Positions 1 to 13,291 of a DNA stretch of 64,000 nt are shown piece after piece. Each line of letters opens with the position of its first letter. Positions within the stretch are counted from its first letter, which is position 1. The stretch spans positions 23,497,899 through 23,561,898 of the forward strand of contig OZ316891.1 in the NCBI GenBank assembly GCA_973895155.1, read 5' to 3'. Made by a program: the position numbers and the translations under genes. The notes under the pieces are model-generated. The model saw nothing but the letters and a program-made list of their open reading frames with translations, ran no database searches and was not told the DNA's origin. Source of the stretch: Marsupella aquatica. Lineage: Eukaryota > Plantae > Marchantiophyta.

Positions 1-2636
1 CTCGACCACTCCTACTGAACTCCAAGTTACCCCTCTCCGCATGGGGACATGCAGTCCTCCACGCCACCACATTGCTGAAGTACAGGCCCTCAGCGTTTAA
101 TACCAAAACTCCACACCACTTAGCGTTCGGATTACCCCCTGACCTGTCACATCTGCGCATCTTTGGATGCAAAGTGATGGTCCCCATCCTTGGGCCAAAG
201 CGCACTAAAATAGGACCTCAAAGACAGGAAGGCATCTACGTTGGCTACGACTCCTCATCCATAATCCGTTACCTGGAACCGACCACTGCAGACCTATTTA
301 AAGCCAGATACGCAGACTGTCACTTCTATGAAGATTCATTCCCCCAGTTACTTACAGAAAAACCACTGACGAGGGATACACCTCCACAAAGCATAAATTG
401 GAACAGTTGAAACTTACTCAACCAGGACCCGCGAACAAAGCGAGCGGATGAGGAAGTCCGCAGACTACTACACCTCCAAGAAATGTTGGACAAGATCCCC
501 GACGCCTTTAATGATGCGGCCAACGTTACAAGATCCCATGTAGAGGCAGCAAACATACCAGCTCGAGTACAACCTGCCACAAAATCAGCAATGGAGACCA
601 CGGCAAAGAAAAAAAGAGGTAGGCCACCAGAATCTAGAGACTCCCGACCACGCCAGAGACTCCCTCATCAGGTACTACCTGAAACCACGATGCATGCTAT
701 TACTAATGAACCAGATAGATCTAACGTACCAGATAATGAAGAAATGGCCATCCCATACCAATACACCGGACAAATCTATAAAAGACCCAACACTATCGTT
801 GATGCACAATTCGCCTATCACATAGCTCAGCAAATATCAACTGACACTCCGGACCCCCTAACCATTAAAGAAGCACAAGCGAGGTCGGATTGGCCATAGT
901 GGCAAGAGGCCATTAACACTGAAATGGATGCATTGATCCGTAGGCATGTCTTTGGCCCGTTAAAACAAGTCCAACCTAACAATGATTACACAGATAGCAG
1001 ATTCACATTTGTCAGAAAGAGAAATGCCAAAGGAGATGTCATTAGATACCGCGCACGCTTAGTAGCGAAAGGCTACACTCAAATCCCGGGAAGGGATTAT
1101 GATTTGACCTATTCACCTGTTATGGATGTGACTACATTCAGGTATCTTATAGCTTTCTCTCGAAAACACCAACTCTGTAATATACTAATGGACGTTGTAA
1201 CAGCGTACCTATATGGAGTACTAGACTCCGAAATTTTCATGAAAGCCCCAAAAGAACTACTCGCAAGAATGACAGAACATGTCCAAGGGAAACATTTCCA
1301 GAACTTGAGTAAGGACATGAAGTCGGGAATACGACAGATTGTACCAGATGAGAAGCTCAAAGGCCTAGTGTTGAGCACTGGCAACACAAATAAAGATCCA
1401 CTCCAGCACCCCAGAAAAAGTGGGACTGGACAGCAGGCGTTTGCTGTGCAAGTCCTGAAATCCATCAACGGGTTAAAACAAAGTGGACGCATCTGGTACC
1501 AGAAGTTTAAAACTGAGATGCAAACCCTTGGATTTATCAACAACGATATCGCACCGTGCATATTCATCAAACACATCGATACAGAATTCGTCATCCTCGC
1601 CCTATACGTCGATGATGTCAACTTATTTGGTACTCCACAACTCTTACGCAAAACTATTAATACAATGAAGAGTATTTTTGAGATGAAAGAAATTGGAGAG
1701 CCGACATACTGCTTAGGACTACAATTTGAATACCTGCAAACTGGCACATTTATTAGTCAATCAACCTATACCAAGAAGATCATTTGACAATTTAATATGC
1801 ACAATGCATATCCTGTGTCCACACCCATGGAGATGCGGTCATTGGACATAGCTAAGGACATGTTCAGGCGACGACAGGAGAATGAACCAGCCCTTGACTC
1901 GGATAAGCCATATCTATCAGCCATTGGCGCCCTTCTCTACCTGGCAAACAATACAAGACCGGATATCTCCTTTGCAGTAAGCTTACTGGCACGACACAGT
2001 GCACATCCAACTATTCGGCATTGGAACAGCGTGAAAAGGGTATTCTGGTACCTTCAAGGCTCAATAGATATGGGCCTTTTCTTCCCAAATGACAACCCAG
2101 ATGAACTCATCGGTTATGCAGATGCGGGGTACCTCTCTGACCCACAGGACTCGAAGTCACAGACTGGCTACGTTTTCCTGCAAGGGAGAGCTGCCATATC
2201 CTGGAGGAGTACGAAACAGAGCATGACCACAACCTCCTCGAATCACGCAGAAGTCATCTCTCTCTATGAAGCATGTTGTGAGGCGATATGGCTCCGCAGT
2301 ATTATCAACTATATCCTGAAACAAACAGGCAAAACGATATTGACCAAACCAACAATTATTTACGAAGACAATAAAGCATGCGTCGACCAAATTGTTGCAG
2401 GCTACATGAAGACAGATCGGACCAAACATATTGATCCAAAATTCTTTTTTATGCACGAACAGAGTGGAAACCAGATCCAAGTGAAGTGGATCCGTTCACA
2501 AGACAATTGCGCCAATCTTTTTACGAAGCCCTTACCTGCGGGACCCCATCGACAGCACGCTACCGCCATCGGAATGTGTCGACTCTCTACCCTGCTTTCC
2601 CCCACTGCCGACGCACCCCACCAAGCAGATGCTTGA
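1..2636 (+). pseudogene. pol: copia pol (IN C-term/RT/RNase H) broken by in-frame stops
   Basis: ORFs 72-410, 483-899, 924-1787 and 1797-2636 are all in one frame and separated by stop codons. Confidence 0.9.
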
Positions 2637-3033
2637 AAAACGAAACGAGGACTTTGGAATTTGGGTTTCGACCTTTCCCCCCAACACCTCCCTGTTTACC
2701 AAATACCCGACCTAAGCTATACACATATACCTCCGACTTTACACCATTACTTCGATTCAATTAACCGTTCGGGCATAAGACATTATACTTTTAGACATAG
2801 TGAACTACTCTTACTCTAAAGTTACCCTAAATTTTAACATACCTTAGAATTTAACAGGATAATTCATCATATAGAACATACATTTTATGGACCACAAATT
2901 CTAATGATGGTAGTACTCTTCCTTGAGAAGAAAGCAGCAAGTTTTAATGAGGCTACATCAAAAGTGGATTCCATTTTACACTAGGGTTAAAAGTGTGGTT
3001 ACTTGACACCCCGTCCAATTAACCAAGGGGAAG

Positions 3034-3173
3034 TGTCATAAACCATAGTTTACTTTAACCCTAGACTAGAGTAGGTTAACCTTAACCCAATATGTTAACC
3101 TCTTAGGACTATATAAGTCCTTGATATAATGGAAGTGTGTGGAAGATTACAATTATCTACTTTGTTTACAACA
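3034..3173 (+). repeat. copia 3' LTR (~140 bp)
   Basis: Starts tgtcataaa directly after the PPT, ends tttacaaca, and contains tatataa. The partner LTR is not in the window. Confidence 0.6.
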
Positions 3174-3309
3174 ACCGTTTCAAATTTGAAAAGCAATTCA
3201 GCCTTCTCTTAATCATTTTCCCTCTTTCCCTAAAAGTATATTGTTGAAAGAGCTCAAAAAATTAAAAAATTAACCTAAAAATGGTTATCTTAACTTCTAT
3301 CATCACCTA

Positions 3310-6183
3310 ATCTCTACACAGCCATCCCCTCCTTAAATAAGGGAGTGACCTCACGACCCTACTCCAATGGCTGAGCCATGTATTTTTTTACTCTATGGCC
3401 ATTGACTCTAGTAATTAACTCTTCTCCATCAGTAGTGGTAAGTTGTAAACTGCCATTAGGCCAAACATTCTTAACTACATAGGGACCCCCCACCTAGTGT
3501 GGAGCTTCCCTCGAAATTTCAAATAACAATTATCATATAGTAAAACTAAATCTCCTTCCTTAATGGTTGTGGGCTTCAACTTCTTATCATAAGTCATTTT
3601 CCTACGTGCTTGCTGAACATGAGTGTGTGTGAGTGCATAAAGACGATTTTCCTCCAAGTGTTCTAATTCAGCTAGTCTAATTAATTGACTTTCTTCAGGG
3701 GGTAAACGTCTATCTTCCAAAATTCGTGCAGTGGGCAAACTGAACTCTATAGGAACAATAGAGTCCATCCCATAAACCAGGTAAAAAGGAGTTCTTTTTG
3801 TGGTGATCTTTTGTGCAGTTCTATACGCCCATAATGCAGATGCTAACTTCATGTCCCAATCACTCTTATGTGCAGAAATGATTTTTGTGAGGATTTTACA
3901 AATGATGCCATTAGCCCTCTCCGTCAAACCATTTGCCTTAGGGTTATAGGGAGTAGTTTTGCGGTGCTTGATCAGATAAGTGGTGGTGAGCAGTTCTATA
4001 GTGCTATTTAGGAAGTGAGTGCCTCTATCACTAACCAACTCTAAGGGACACCCATAGCGAGTGATGATATTATCAAAAAGGAAAAGTGCTGTAACAGCTG
4101 CATCATCCTTCCGTACAGCTTCGGCTTCCACCCACTTGGTGGCATAATCGGTTGCCACTATGATGTAGCGATTCCTCCTCCGTTGAGTAACCGGTTGTAT
4201 GGGGCCCACAAAATCAATGCCCCATTTCTCAAAGGGAGCTAAGGGCATTATGGGGATTAAGGGCCATCTTCCACTGAGTAAAGGTTTTCCCATGCGTTGG
4301 CAAGGGTCACACCCTTTAATGAAATCAAGTATGTCCTTATGCATTGAGGGCCACCAGTAGCCCGCATTACGAACTTTGGCCACCGTAGTGTCCACAGCAA
4401 AATGTCCACCCGAATCCCCTTCATGCAATGCACTAATCACTCTGGACACCTCATGCGTCTCCAAACATCGCTTAAGTTTAAGGTCGGGCATGGTTTTATG
4501 GAGCACACCTCTAATAAGGGTGTAAGGTCCCGCCTTATGTACAAAAACTGCCTGCTGCTCCGCATTCATGTGTTGAGGAGGTCGACCAGTAATGAGAAAA
4601 GAAACAATCTCAGCATAGAGCGATTGTTCACCCTCCACGTGAAATAACTCCTCATCAGGAAACACATCGGGAATTGCCTCGGTATCACCTTCTCCTTCCA
4701 ACCGAGATAAGTAATCAGCATTGACATGGCTTTTTCCAGGGCGCATCTCCACTTTAAACCGAAATTCTTGAAGAAGTAGAATCCAGCGTGCAATTCGGCC
4801 TGACAAATCTGCCTTATTAAAAAGATACTTAAGAGAGTTATGATCAATATGAAAAACAATGTCATAACCAAGGAGGTAGTGACGGAATTTTTTACAAGAA
4901 AAAACAATGCCCAGAGCTTCACGTTCAGTGGTGGAATAATTTTGCTTGGCACTATTGAGTTGACGACTGGCAAAGTAAATAGGATGGTGCTTATCACGCT
5001 CATCTTTCTGACTCAACTCAATCCCTATGCAAAACTTAGAAGTATCCACGAAAACATGAAACTCTTTTGACCAGTTAGGAGGGAGAAGAACTGGTGCTAC
5101 AGTCAACGTATGTTTGAGGGTGAGCAAGGCATGGTCTCGTGCATCATTCCACTCATAAGGCACGTCTTTTTTAAGAAGTTGATTAAGAGGTGTGGCAAGA
5201 ACGGAATAACCCTCAATAAATCGTCTATAATACCCGACATAGCCCAAAAACCCTCTTAACTCGCGCAAATTAGTGGGCACTTCTAAAGCAAGGATGACGG
5301 AAATTTTGTCATGATCAACAACAATGCCCTTCTGCAAAATTTTGTGACCCAATAAAATGCCCTCGGTCATCCCAAAGAAACATTTTTCAGGGTGCAAACA
5401 CAAGCCAGCCTCACGACACTTAGCAAAGGTCTTCCTCAGTTTCTCCAAATGGTCCTTTTCACCGCTGAAAACACAAAAATCGTCAATAAAAATCTCCAAG
5501 AAATCACGCAGGTAATCCTGAAAAATAACAGTCATTAGCCTTTGAAAAGTTGTTGGGGCATTACACAACCCAAAGGGCATGCGAGAAAATGCATAAGTGC
5601 CCCAATCAGTTGTGAATGTAGTTTTAGACTGATCCTATTTCTTAATAGAAACCTGGTTATAACCTGAGAACCCGTCTAAAAAACTATACAATTCCTTACC
5701 GGCCACTTGATCTAGAATCGTATCCGTAAATGGCAAGGGGTGAAAATCCTTTTTAGTGGCCGCATTTAATTTCCTATAATCCTGACATACTCTAATTTTT
5801 ACTTTCCCATCCGGTCCTGGTTTTTTAGGAACTATAACTATAGGCGATACCCATTCACTACTTAGGACAGGGTAAATAAAACCAGCCTCTTTTAATTTAT
5901 CTAATTCCATTTTAACCATGAGGGAATACTTGGGATTTAGTCTATACTGACGCTGCCTAATGGGTATAGCACCCTCTACTAAATCTATATGGTGTTCACT
6001 TGAAGTAGAAGAAATTCCTTTTAAATCATGATGACTCCAGGCAAAAATATCTTTATATTCATACAAAAGATCCGTGTATGCTTGTTGGGTAACATCATCC
6101 AAATTTCTCCCTATGTTAAACGTTTTATCCTTTTCTAATTCTAGTTTAACATATTGATTCTTTTTAACCATACCCTCAGTCAT
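3310..6183 (-). pseudogene. pol: gypsy-1 pol: RT, RNase H, integrase
   Basis: RVCQDYRKLN, LDGFSGYNQ, MPFGLCNAP, FIDD, YSTTEREALG, zinc finger H..GGH...CDPCQR, WGIDFVG/VSDRG/GLTER. Stop at ~5635 and frameshift at ~3480. Confidence 0.92.
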
Positions 6184-6308
6184 GCTAGCAGATTCTTGAA
6201 AATATGCAGAGCTTTTTCCTAAGGCTACTTCCCCTTCCTTAGGTTTCTATGATTGCTATTCATCCAAATCCGATTCTGGCATCTCGACAATCGGTTTTGG
6301 TTTGAAAA

Positions 6309-8024
6309 TTACTTTAGGAGGTAGCATCGCTTGAGGATTTGGGCCAAGTGGTTCAGACCTTGAGAAGTACCAACTTTGTCTACTTTCCTCACATGCGCAG
6401 CTGGTACTGCATCTTCGTAAGTGTAGACTTCGAGGTAACGCACGTCCTCCTCAAAGCTGAATTTGTCCTCCTTGAGCTTCATCATCGCATCCACCCATCG
6501 CGAATCAACTGTAGAGGTACTATTATCGGACGTATAACCTGGATCTGAAGACATAGTTTCCCCCAAATGCTGGATCTTATCCCAGGACAACGTGACTTTA
6601 GGATAGCCAAAGGAAAATGTTTTATTAGCCCAATTCACTTTAACTTTAGCTTTATAAAGCCAAGGGCGACCTAACAAAATAGGAAAAGTTGACTGAGTGG
6701 GAGGATCAATAACAAGAAAATTCAAAATAAAAGGTAAGCCTCCAATTAAAACTTCAATATTCCCTAATTTACCTAATGGAAAAACTCTAGATTGATCTGC
6801 CATCCTAAGGATTCTAGGTGTTGATTCATACTTAGTAAATCCTAACGAATGTGCAGTTTGTGCTATCATAATATTAACTCCCGAACCGCCATCAATAGGA
6901 ACACTTCTAACTAAACAGCCATCAATTTGGAGTTCAACATCTGGGGCACCAAAGTCCTCTATTTCAGCAAAATTAACGGCTACCGGAGGCATTTTATATT
7001 TCCTACGCCTAGAACTAAGAAGCGGTTTTAGTTGTTTCCTATACAAGGCATTATTTCTCAACAATTCTCCAAAGGTTACCGTTGCCTGAGCATTAGCTAC
7101 ATCCTTAACTATGTCATAGCCTACTTTTTCATCTACTCTAACTCCTTGAAAATTTGGCTTATCCTCAAAAGAAACATGCCTGGGTTTCACTCCAATATTT
7201 TGTGCATTAGCTTTAATCTCTTGATTAATATATTCATTGGCCTCAGATGATATATCTCTTATAAAATATTTTGGGTCATACCTGTCATACGCAGGGTCTA
7301 ACTCTTTGGGAAGGCCCTCTACCTGCTTACCCCCAAGCGGTGAATCATTGATCTTGGCCTTATCCTTGATCTTGCGTGAAGTGGTTGAGGCATCTTGATG
7401 ACCGGAAGCGAGTTTTGAGCTTAAACTATTGTTTTGGTGATTTGTTTCCTCAGCTTTTCGCTTGGCACTTCGAGTAGTAGTCCTATAGACTGATGAAACC
7501 TCCTCGTCGTTCAACTCCTCCTCCATCACCTGGTGAGTATCTTCAAGGAAAATCATCCGTACCTCCGCAACGTCCTTCTTCTCTGGATCTTTAACATATT
7601 TCACCATTAATTTGGGTTGAACCGGTTTTGGGCATTCAATGGGCAAATGTCCCTCACTTCCACAGTTTCCACAGATAGGGGTATATTGATATGGAGCTTT
7701 TGGATATGGACAATCAGGGGCATGATGGCCAGCAATTCCACAATTATAACAAGTTCCTGGGATCCTCTGCGTGCGAGGAGGATATCCTCTAGGAGGGTCC
7801 ATGGGGGGTTTAACTGGTGGCCGTACGGTCATTGATCGGGTCATCGTATTCATTCCCATATCCCGACCCATAGATGGTCGTGATGGAACCATGGGTCTTC
7901 TTGGAAACGAAGGGCTACTGACCATGTACCAATCAAGCTCTTCCGGTTCCACGTCGTAGCAAACCTGGTCATCCCATTCTTCAGCCATGTACCGCACTTG
8001 TCTCCCTACATGTGGGCACTCCAT
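6309..8024 (-). CDS. gypsy-1 nucleocapsid (CCHC knuckles) plus aspartic protease
   Basis: CYNCGIAGHHAPDC, CGNCGSEGHLPIEC, IDGGSGVN ... ILLGRPWL. Confidence 0.88.
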   Translation of the reverse strand: MECPHVGRQVRYMAEEWDDQVCYDVEPEELDWYMVSSPSFPRRPMVPSRPSMGRDMGMNTMTRSMTVRPPVKPPMDPPRGYPPRTQRIPGTCYNCGIAGHHAPDCPYPKAPYQYTPICGNCGSEGHLPIECPKPVQPKLMVKYVKDPEKKDVAEVRMIFLEDTHQVMEEELNDEEVSSVYRTTTRSAKRKAEETNHQNNSLSSKLASGHQDASTTSRKIKDKAKINDSPLGGKQVEGLPKELDPAYDRYDPKYFIRDISSEANEYINQEIKANAQNIGVKPRHVSFEDKPNFQGVRVDEKVGYDIVKDVANAQATVTFGELLRNNALYRKQLKPLLSSRRRKYKMPPVAVNFAEIEDFGAPDVELQIDGCLVRSVPIDGGSGVNIMIAQTAHSLGFTKYESTPRILRMADQSRVFPLGKLGNIEVLIGGLPFILNFLVIDPPTQSTFPILLGRPWLYKAKVKVNWANKTFSFGYPKVTLSWDKIQHLGETMSSDPGYTSDNSTSTVDSRWVDAMMKLKEDKFSFEEDVRYLEVYTYEDAVPAAHVRKVDKVGTSQGLNHLAQILKRCYLLK

Positions 8025-8036
8025 TGGGTAGTGACC

Positions 8037-9392
8037 TCATTCTCCACAACGACCACACCAAACATTCGGTCTTTGCACGGGCAATGGTCTACGTTTGGGG
8101 CGATTATCTGCCAAATTGACCGAAAGTTTGTCAAATTTACCACTAAGATCGTCAATTGTTTTCTTCACGCCTGTAAGCGATTTCAATGCATTATTAGTGG
8201 GATGATATATTTTCTTCCGATCTTTCCTATTACTATTGGATTCATCGTCTGATGATGAAGAGGACGAAGGTGAAGAAGAACTCGAACTAGAACTTGAGGA
8301 GGAAGAGGATGAGGAGGACGAAGAAGTAAGGTCCTTCTTTTTAGAATCGGATCTTTTCTTCTTTTGCTTCCTCTTTTCCCGTTCCTTTTCTCGTTTTTCC
8401 TCTTTCTTGAGCTCCATCCGCTGGGACATCTCAGTATCCTCAAATTCTTGTGCAGCCTCAATCATTGCCGCTAAGTTGGCAAGGTGTGCTCGTCTGACAT
8501 ACCGATTCATTTTGTGTGGTAGTCCTCCTACAAAATATTTGGTCTGCATGTCATCACTGGGTAAAGGTCTTAATTTCAAAATCAATTTCCTTACCTCCTG
8601 AGAATAAGTCCTTAGGGTATCTTTCTTTTGCATGCGAATTCTCCTTGACCGAGCAAGTACCCTCGAAGTCGCTCCTGCTTCTCGAAATTCTTTCTGAAAA
8701 GCGGTTTGCAAGTCCGGCCAACTCCCCTGAATGGTAGGAGTGAGGGATAAAGTGTACCATTTATGGGCCTCTTTCTTCATCAGACCTTCAAAAATTTGGA
8801 GGAGATCGGGCTCTGTGTTCTCCTTATTAGTTTTGGCCGTCGACAAGAATTCACCCAGCCAATCGTCTGGGTCCTGGCCTCTGCCTTTAAAAGCTGTATA
8901 TCTCAATCTAGTGGAAGTCGTCATGATGGCAAATGCCGAAGTACTAGGTAATCTAACAGTAGGTTGCTGAACTTGACTATTGACTATTCGTAATGGAATC
9001 GAGGGCAACAAATTATTTCTACTTGCAGAACTAATTACTACTCTAGGACTACTATCGAGGATATCTATATCAAGAGTAACGGATTCTTCTAAATTTCTCA
9101 CCTTTTCTGCTACAATCAAAAATTCGGGCTGAATCTCTGAGTCAGTTATTCCTTGGCGATTGAAATCATCCTTTGTTCTTTCCTTTTCAGCAATGGAACC
9201 ACCTAGTACATATCTCGTAAGATCAACATAAGGGACTGGACTATCTCTGTTGATAGGGACCTTTCCTCGATCTATAGAGGCCGAGGTTGACCTTTGCTCT
9301 GCAAGTTGTGCTTGGGCTTGAAGGCATTTCTTCTCTTCTCTGTTTTGATAGCGTATCTCTCTCTCTCTGGGGTTAGTACCGTCTGTACTCAT
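8037..9392 (-). CDS. gag: gypsy-1 Gag capsid region with poly-Ser tract
   Basis: FKGRGQDPDDWL...A.KWY...W..L..AF gag pattern. Ends in a CCHC knuckle split by a TGA (CGRCGE*GHYPMEC). Confidence 0.85.
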   Translation of the reverse strand: MSTDGTNPREREIRYQNREEKKCLQAQAQLAEQRSTSASIDRGKVPINRDSPVPYVDLTRYVLGGSIAEKERTKDDFNRQGITDSEIQPEFLIVAEKVRNLEESVTLDIDILDSSPRVVISSASRNNLLPSIPLRIVNSQVQQPTVRLPSTSAFAIMTTSTRLRYTAFKGRGQDPDDWLGEFLSTAKTNKENTEPDLLQIFEGLMKKEAHKWYTLSLTPTIQGSWPDLQTAFQKEFREAGATSRVLARSRRIRMQKKDTLRTYSQEVRKLILKLRPLPSDDMQTKYFVGGLPHKMNRYVRRAHLANLAAMIEAAQEFEDTEMSQRMELKKEEKREKEREKRKQKKKRSDSKKKDLTSSSSSSSSSSSSSSSSSSPSSSSSSDDESNSNRKDRKKIYHPTNNALKSLTGVKKTIDDLSGKFDKLSVNLADNRPKRRPLPVQRPNVWCGRCGE

Positions 9393-10032
9393 GGAAATCC
9401 ATCCTTACTTCATAATTCTAATTATTCATTCAGGAACGTACTCCATTAAGAGAAAAGAAGGAAAATATGTATCAAACTTCCTCCATGTATTCTGAATTCC
9501 ACCACATTGTTACTTTAGTTTGGCGCACTTGAAAATCCCAAAATTTGTAACCGTTTTTATTTGTGTTGCTCATTCAGCAATTTAAATTGAAGCTGTTGGA
9601 ATTCAGATTCCTGCTACCACACAACATCAAATCCTTAAATACTATCTTAGATCATAAACATTTGCAACCTATGATACCCGTCAATCTTAATTACCAATGA
9701 ATTTATACGTCTATCAATTCATTTCGTCAAGATGATTCTTTCTTGGCGTCAAGGGTCGGCGGTTCTATTTCCTGAACCTTGTTATTCGTTTCCTCCTTGA
9801 GGATTTGATGGAGTACCTTGGTCATCCTTTTGACATACATTTTGGGTGCATTCTTGATGGTGAATGGTTGTACATCGAACTTAAACACCAAGGGCGGTCT
9901 CCACAAATCATCCTCCATCACGAACGATTTGTTAAGCTTTAGCGCAACCTTCAGGCTTCAATTTGTTCTCAATTTCCAATCTATTGGCCAATTTCAATTC
10001 GCTGTCTTCATAAATCGATCTCTTAGTTTATT

Positions 10033-10049
10033 CCCCGGCAGCGGCGCCA
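10033..10049 (-). promoter_or_regulatory. primer-binding site of gypsy-1
   Basis: Minus strand reads TGGCGCCGCTGCCGGGG a few bp inside the LTR end, an Athila-type PBS pattern. Confidence 0.7.
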
Positions 10050-10058
10050 AAAAGAATA

Positions 10059-11037
10059 TGTGGTAAGTGTTTTAGATGTAATTTATGTAAAATGTATCTT
10101 ATTAACTCAGATTCGTTCCCGTAGGGAATAGAGGAAATCGATTTACGATAGTATTAATGTTTTTGAGACCTCAAAGGATTTCTATCTTATCATACTTGCT
10201 ATAAAACATATAATATATTTATGTTTAATTGTCTTGGTATGGAATCTCTCTGATTATCGTTCTCTCTCCATAGAAGTTTGATTTTCATTTCATTCCTAAA
10301 TTCCATATACTCCTTAGAGATTGGTTTTACATTAGGAATGTCATTACAATTCTCTAAACTCTAGATTTCAGAATTTACTCAGATTTTCCATGCAAAACTC
10401 AAGAAACGTTTTCTTAAAAGATGTTCACTCATTCCAAAGTTTACGAGAAGATAACGAGGAATTCATGAACAATAGTGGAATTTTAGTGGTGGTGCATTTT
10501 CCAATTCATCGATTCTCCCTTCTACGCCCAATTTGGCACGAGGAAAAGACCCACATTGGTCACAAATCGCTTCCAAAGAAAATGACAAGGAATTTCTTCC
10601 TAGGAGTTCAATTGTAATACTCCCTCACAGATCAAAGAGATCTGAAAAGGTTACCTAACTACCTAAAAACTAACTATTGATTGAAGATGAAGAGGTGAGT
10701 AGTTCTAACTACTTTCCTAAGCTAAGATTCCTAATGATGGCTAAACTAGTTTAACTAAGCTTAATTCTATCTAATGAGCTCGGTTTAGGAAAAAGGGAGA
10801 GGAAAAACGGTTTAAGAGAAGTTGAATCAAAATCCAACTTAAAAACGTCTGAACAATTCTTCCGATGTAAAGCAATTGTCGATTAAAAAGGATCCTTCAA
10901 TGTGAAAGCAGTTTTAGAGCTTTAACTCCTTCATCTTCTTTAAATAACTTCATTTGTCGCTTAAAAGGTTTCAAAGGTTTTGGAAAATGTAGATTGAATA
11001 CTCCTTTAGAACACTTCCTCAGAAAAGGCTTTCCACA
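10059..11037 (-). repeat. gypsy-1 5' LTR (~979 bp)
   Basis: Bounded by TGTGG (10059) and CCACA (11033-11037). PBS on one side, abrupt switch to gypsy-2 LTR sequence on the other. Confidence 0.75.
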
Positions 11038-11345
11038 TCGAGCTGAGAGAGGTCTTAGCGGCTTAACCAAACCAATTGGGGATCATTCCGGCGGCGGAAT
11101 CCAAATATACCTAACCAACAGAAGGGAAAGACAAGAGAAGGTATAGATTGGGCCAACTGCGTATCTCATGACCCGATGAAGGATCTGTCTAGTATATGTG
11201 TGTAAAATATTAATAGTAGTAGTAGGAAGTTAGCAGCGTCCCATACCGCTAAACCGCGGAAACGGCCTCGCCAAGCACAAAACCTGCGGGAATTGGCTTA
11301 GGCGGGGGGGTTTCCTGGGTTTGGGGAGCCATGGGACGCACCACA
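11038..11345 (+). repeat. gypsy-2 5' LTR (start removed by the gypsy-1 insertion)
   Basis: Near-identical to 21915-22228. Ends gggacgcaccaca. Confidence 0.85.
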
Positions 11346-11606
11346 TTTTTGGCGCTAGATGGAGGGGGCATTTCTTAAGCCGTGAGATATGAAGTTAGGA
11401 AGGAAGCGTAGGTAATGACTGAACCTACGCCTAGGGAGGAAAGAGCGATTCAACGGGAGAGAGCTTGTCTGCAGCAGCTCGCCGGGTGGCATGATACACA
11501 GTGACTGAGAGGGGCAGAAAGAGCTAGTAGCTCCGTAACTGAAAGTGGCATCGAAGAAGACATACCAGAAGAAGGGTCGGTAAGGAGACGTGAGTCTTCA
11601 ACAGAC

Positions 11607-13222
11607 ATGGGGGAACCAGAGGCACGGCTAGACGAGAGACCAGGGACCAGACTGAGCCAACGTTCACGCATTCATTACAAGGCCTTTCATGGTAGAGGAG
11701 ATGAGGATCCGGACGAATGGTTGGATGACTTCAAAGGAACTGCTGCAGCAAATGGAGAATCGGCCATCAAGATGCAAATTCTTCCCGGCCTGTTCAAAGG
11801 TGAGGCTAGGCCTTGGTACAGAGCCTTGGACATGGAAGATCAAGCCATATGGAATACTTTCAGACCACTATTTGTCAAGGAGTTTTGACCCATTGGAACT
11901 TCAAAGTTAGCAGTGCTGAAGATGGGACGACTTTGGTTCAAGGAGAACAAATCCTTCAGGAAGTTCTTGCAACGCTTTCAAAAATTGGTAAGACGTACAA
12001 AGACCAATGCATCTGAAGGTATGCAACTTCAATGGTTAGTGAATGCTTTGCCACAGAAGATGAGTTTTGCAATTAGGAAGGAGAACCCAGAGACTTTAGC
12101 CGAGGCAATTAAGGATATTCAATTATACATTAATGCAGATATAATAAGCCGGAAGAAGCAGCTTAAGTCTGAGAGTTCCTCATCGGAGGAGGGATCACCC
12201 CACAAGAAAAAAGATAAGAAAAGAAACATTCTAAGAAGTCAAGAAGTGATAACTCAAGCTCGAATAGTGGAAGTAGCAAGAGTGAGTCATCTTCTAGTTC
12301 TGAAGAAGAAAAAAGTAGGAAAAGGAAGGGCAGAAGGAGGGGGAAGTTGAAAGTCAAACTAGAGGCTAAAACGCCAGATAACATCGTAGCTCTTACCGAG
12401 CAGCTTAAGGCTATAATAGCAAAGGTAAAACCAAAGAAGAAGGTAGTACAGGAGGATAGCTCTGTATGGTGTGCCTTATGTTATAAAACTGGACACCATA
12501 AAGATGCGTGTCCTGAACTTAATACTAGTCATGTTCGGCATGTGGCTGAGTCTAGACCATGTCAGGGAGAAGTAGAGTACTTTCTAGGTGATGCCGCTGA
12601 TAGTGTTTCCGGCATCAATGAGACTGGAGCACGAGATCTATCCAACCGACCTGCATCTCTCTGGTCAGGATTAAGGAACAATCCGGGAGAGATGTATCCT
12701 CGAATTATTCAGAATCCGTCAGTACCTCCTAGGCCAAATGTGCAAAGATTTGCGGCATGCTATAACTATGGTCAACCTGGCCATTTTGCTAGAGAATGCC
12801 CAAATGCACGCAAACAAGGAGATGGACAACCAGCTCAGCTATGTATGGGATGCCGACAAGAAGGTCACATACTAGGACAATGTCCCACTTGGTTGGCAGG
12901 CCTGGCCGCAAATCATAAGCTCTTGCCAGTCAAAGTTTTACCACCAGGTACTACCCCCGGAGGAGTTCAAATCAACCACATCAAACTCGGATGGCAAACA
13001 AATGTCGAGGCAGAGTTCGGACCATCTAATGATGAGGCCGAGGCCTTATCAACATTTTCAGAAGAAGATTTGGATCATGATTGTTACAGGGTCTCTACTC
13101 AATCCACCAGAAGGAAGGAAAGGTGGGATGGGCTGGCCAAAAATAAAGGGAAGGATAAGGAAGAAAGAATCGACTCTTCATCAACGTCAATGGAAGGGGA
13201 AGGAAAGGCGCCGGCAACATAG
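11607..13222 (+). pseudogene. gag: gypsy-2 gag (stop and frameshift)
   Basis: FHGRGDEDPDEWL and three CCHC-like knuckles (CALCYKTGHHKDAC, CYNYGQPGHFAREC, CMGCRQEGHILGQC). Confidence 0.85.
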
Positions 13223-13291
13223 GTAAGCCATGAGCTCAACAGTGACCCCAATCCTTCACAAGACAGCGATTTCAATCGAGATCACCCTAAG

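Larger units (their letters stand above)
1..3173 (+). mobile_element. Ty1/copia LTR retrotransposon, Bianca-like, 3' part (5' end outside window)
   Basis: Domain order is integrase C-term, RT, RNase H. Motifs: KIGPQRQEGIYVGY, ARLVAKGYTQIPGRDYDLTYSPVMD, YVDD, GYADAGYLSDP. A purine tract (aaggggaag, 3025-3033) precedes a short TG...CA LTR. Confidence 0.9.
3174..11037 (-). mobile_element. Ty3/gypsy LTR retrotransposon 1 (non-chromovirus, Athila/Phygy-like), 3' region interrupted by the copia
   Basis: gag-PR-RT-RH-IN order on the minus strand, LTR 10059-11037, PBS next to the LTR. No chromodomain or extra RNase H seen. Confidence 0.9.

Noticed and set aside
11160-11270. Hammerhead ribozyme (retrozyme-like) in the gypsy-2 LTR
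   Set aside because: ccgatga and gaaac are present but far apart, and I could not build the three required stems.
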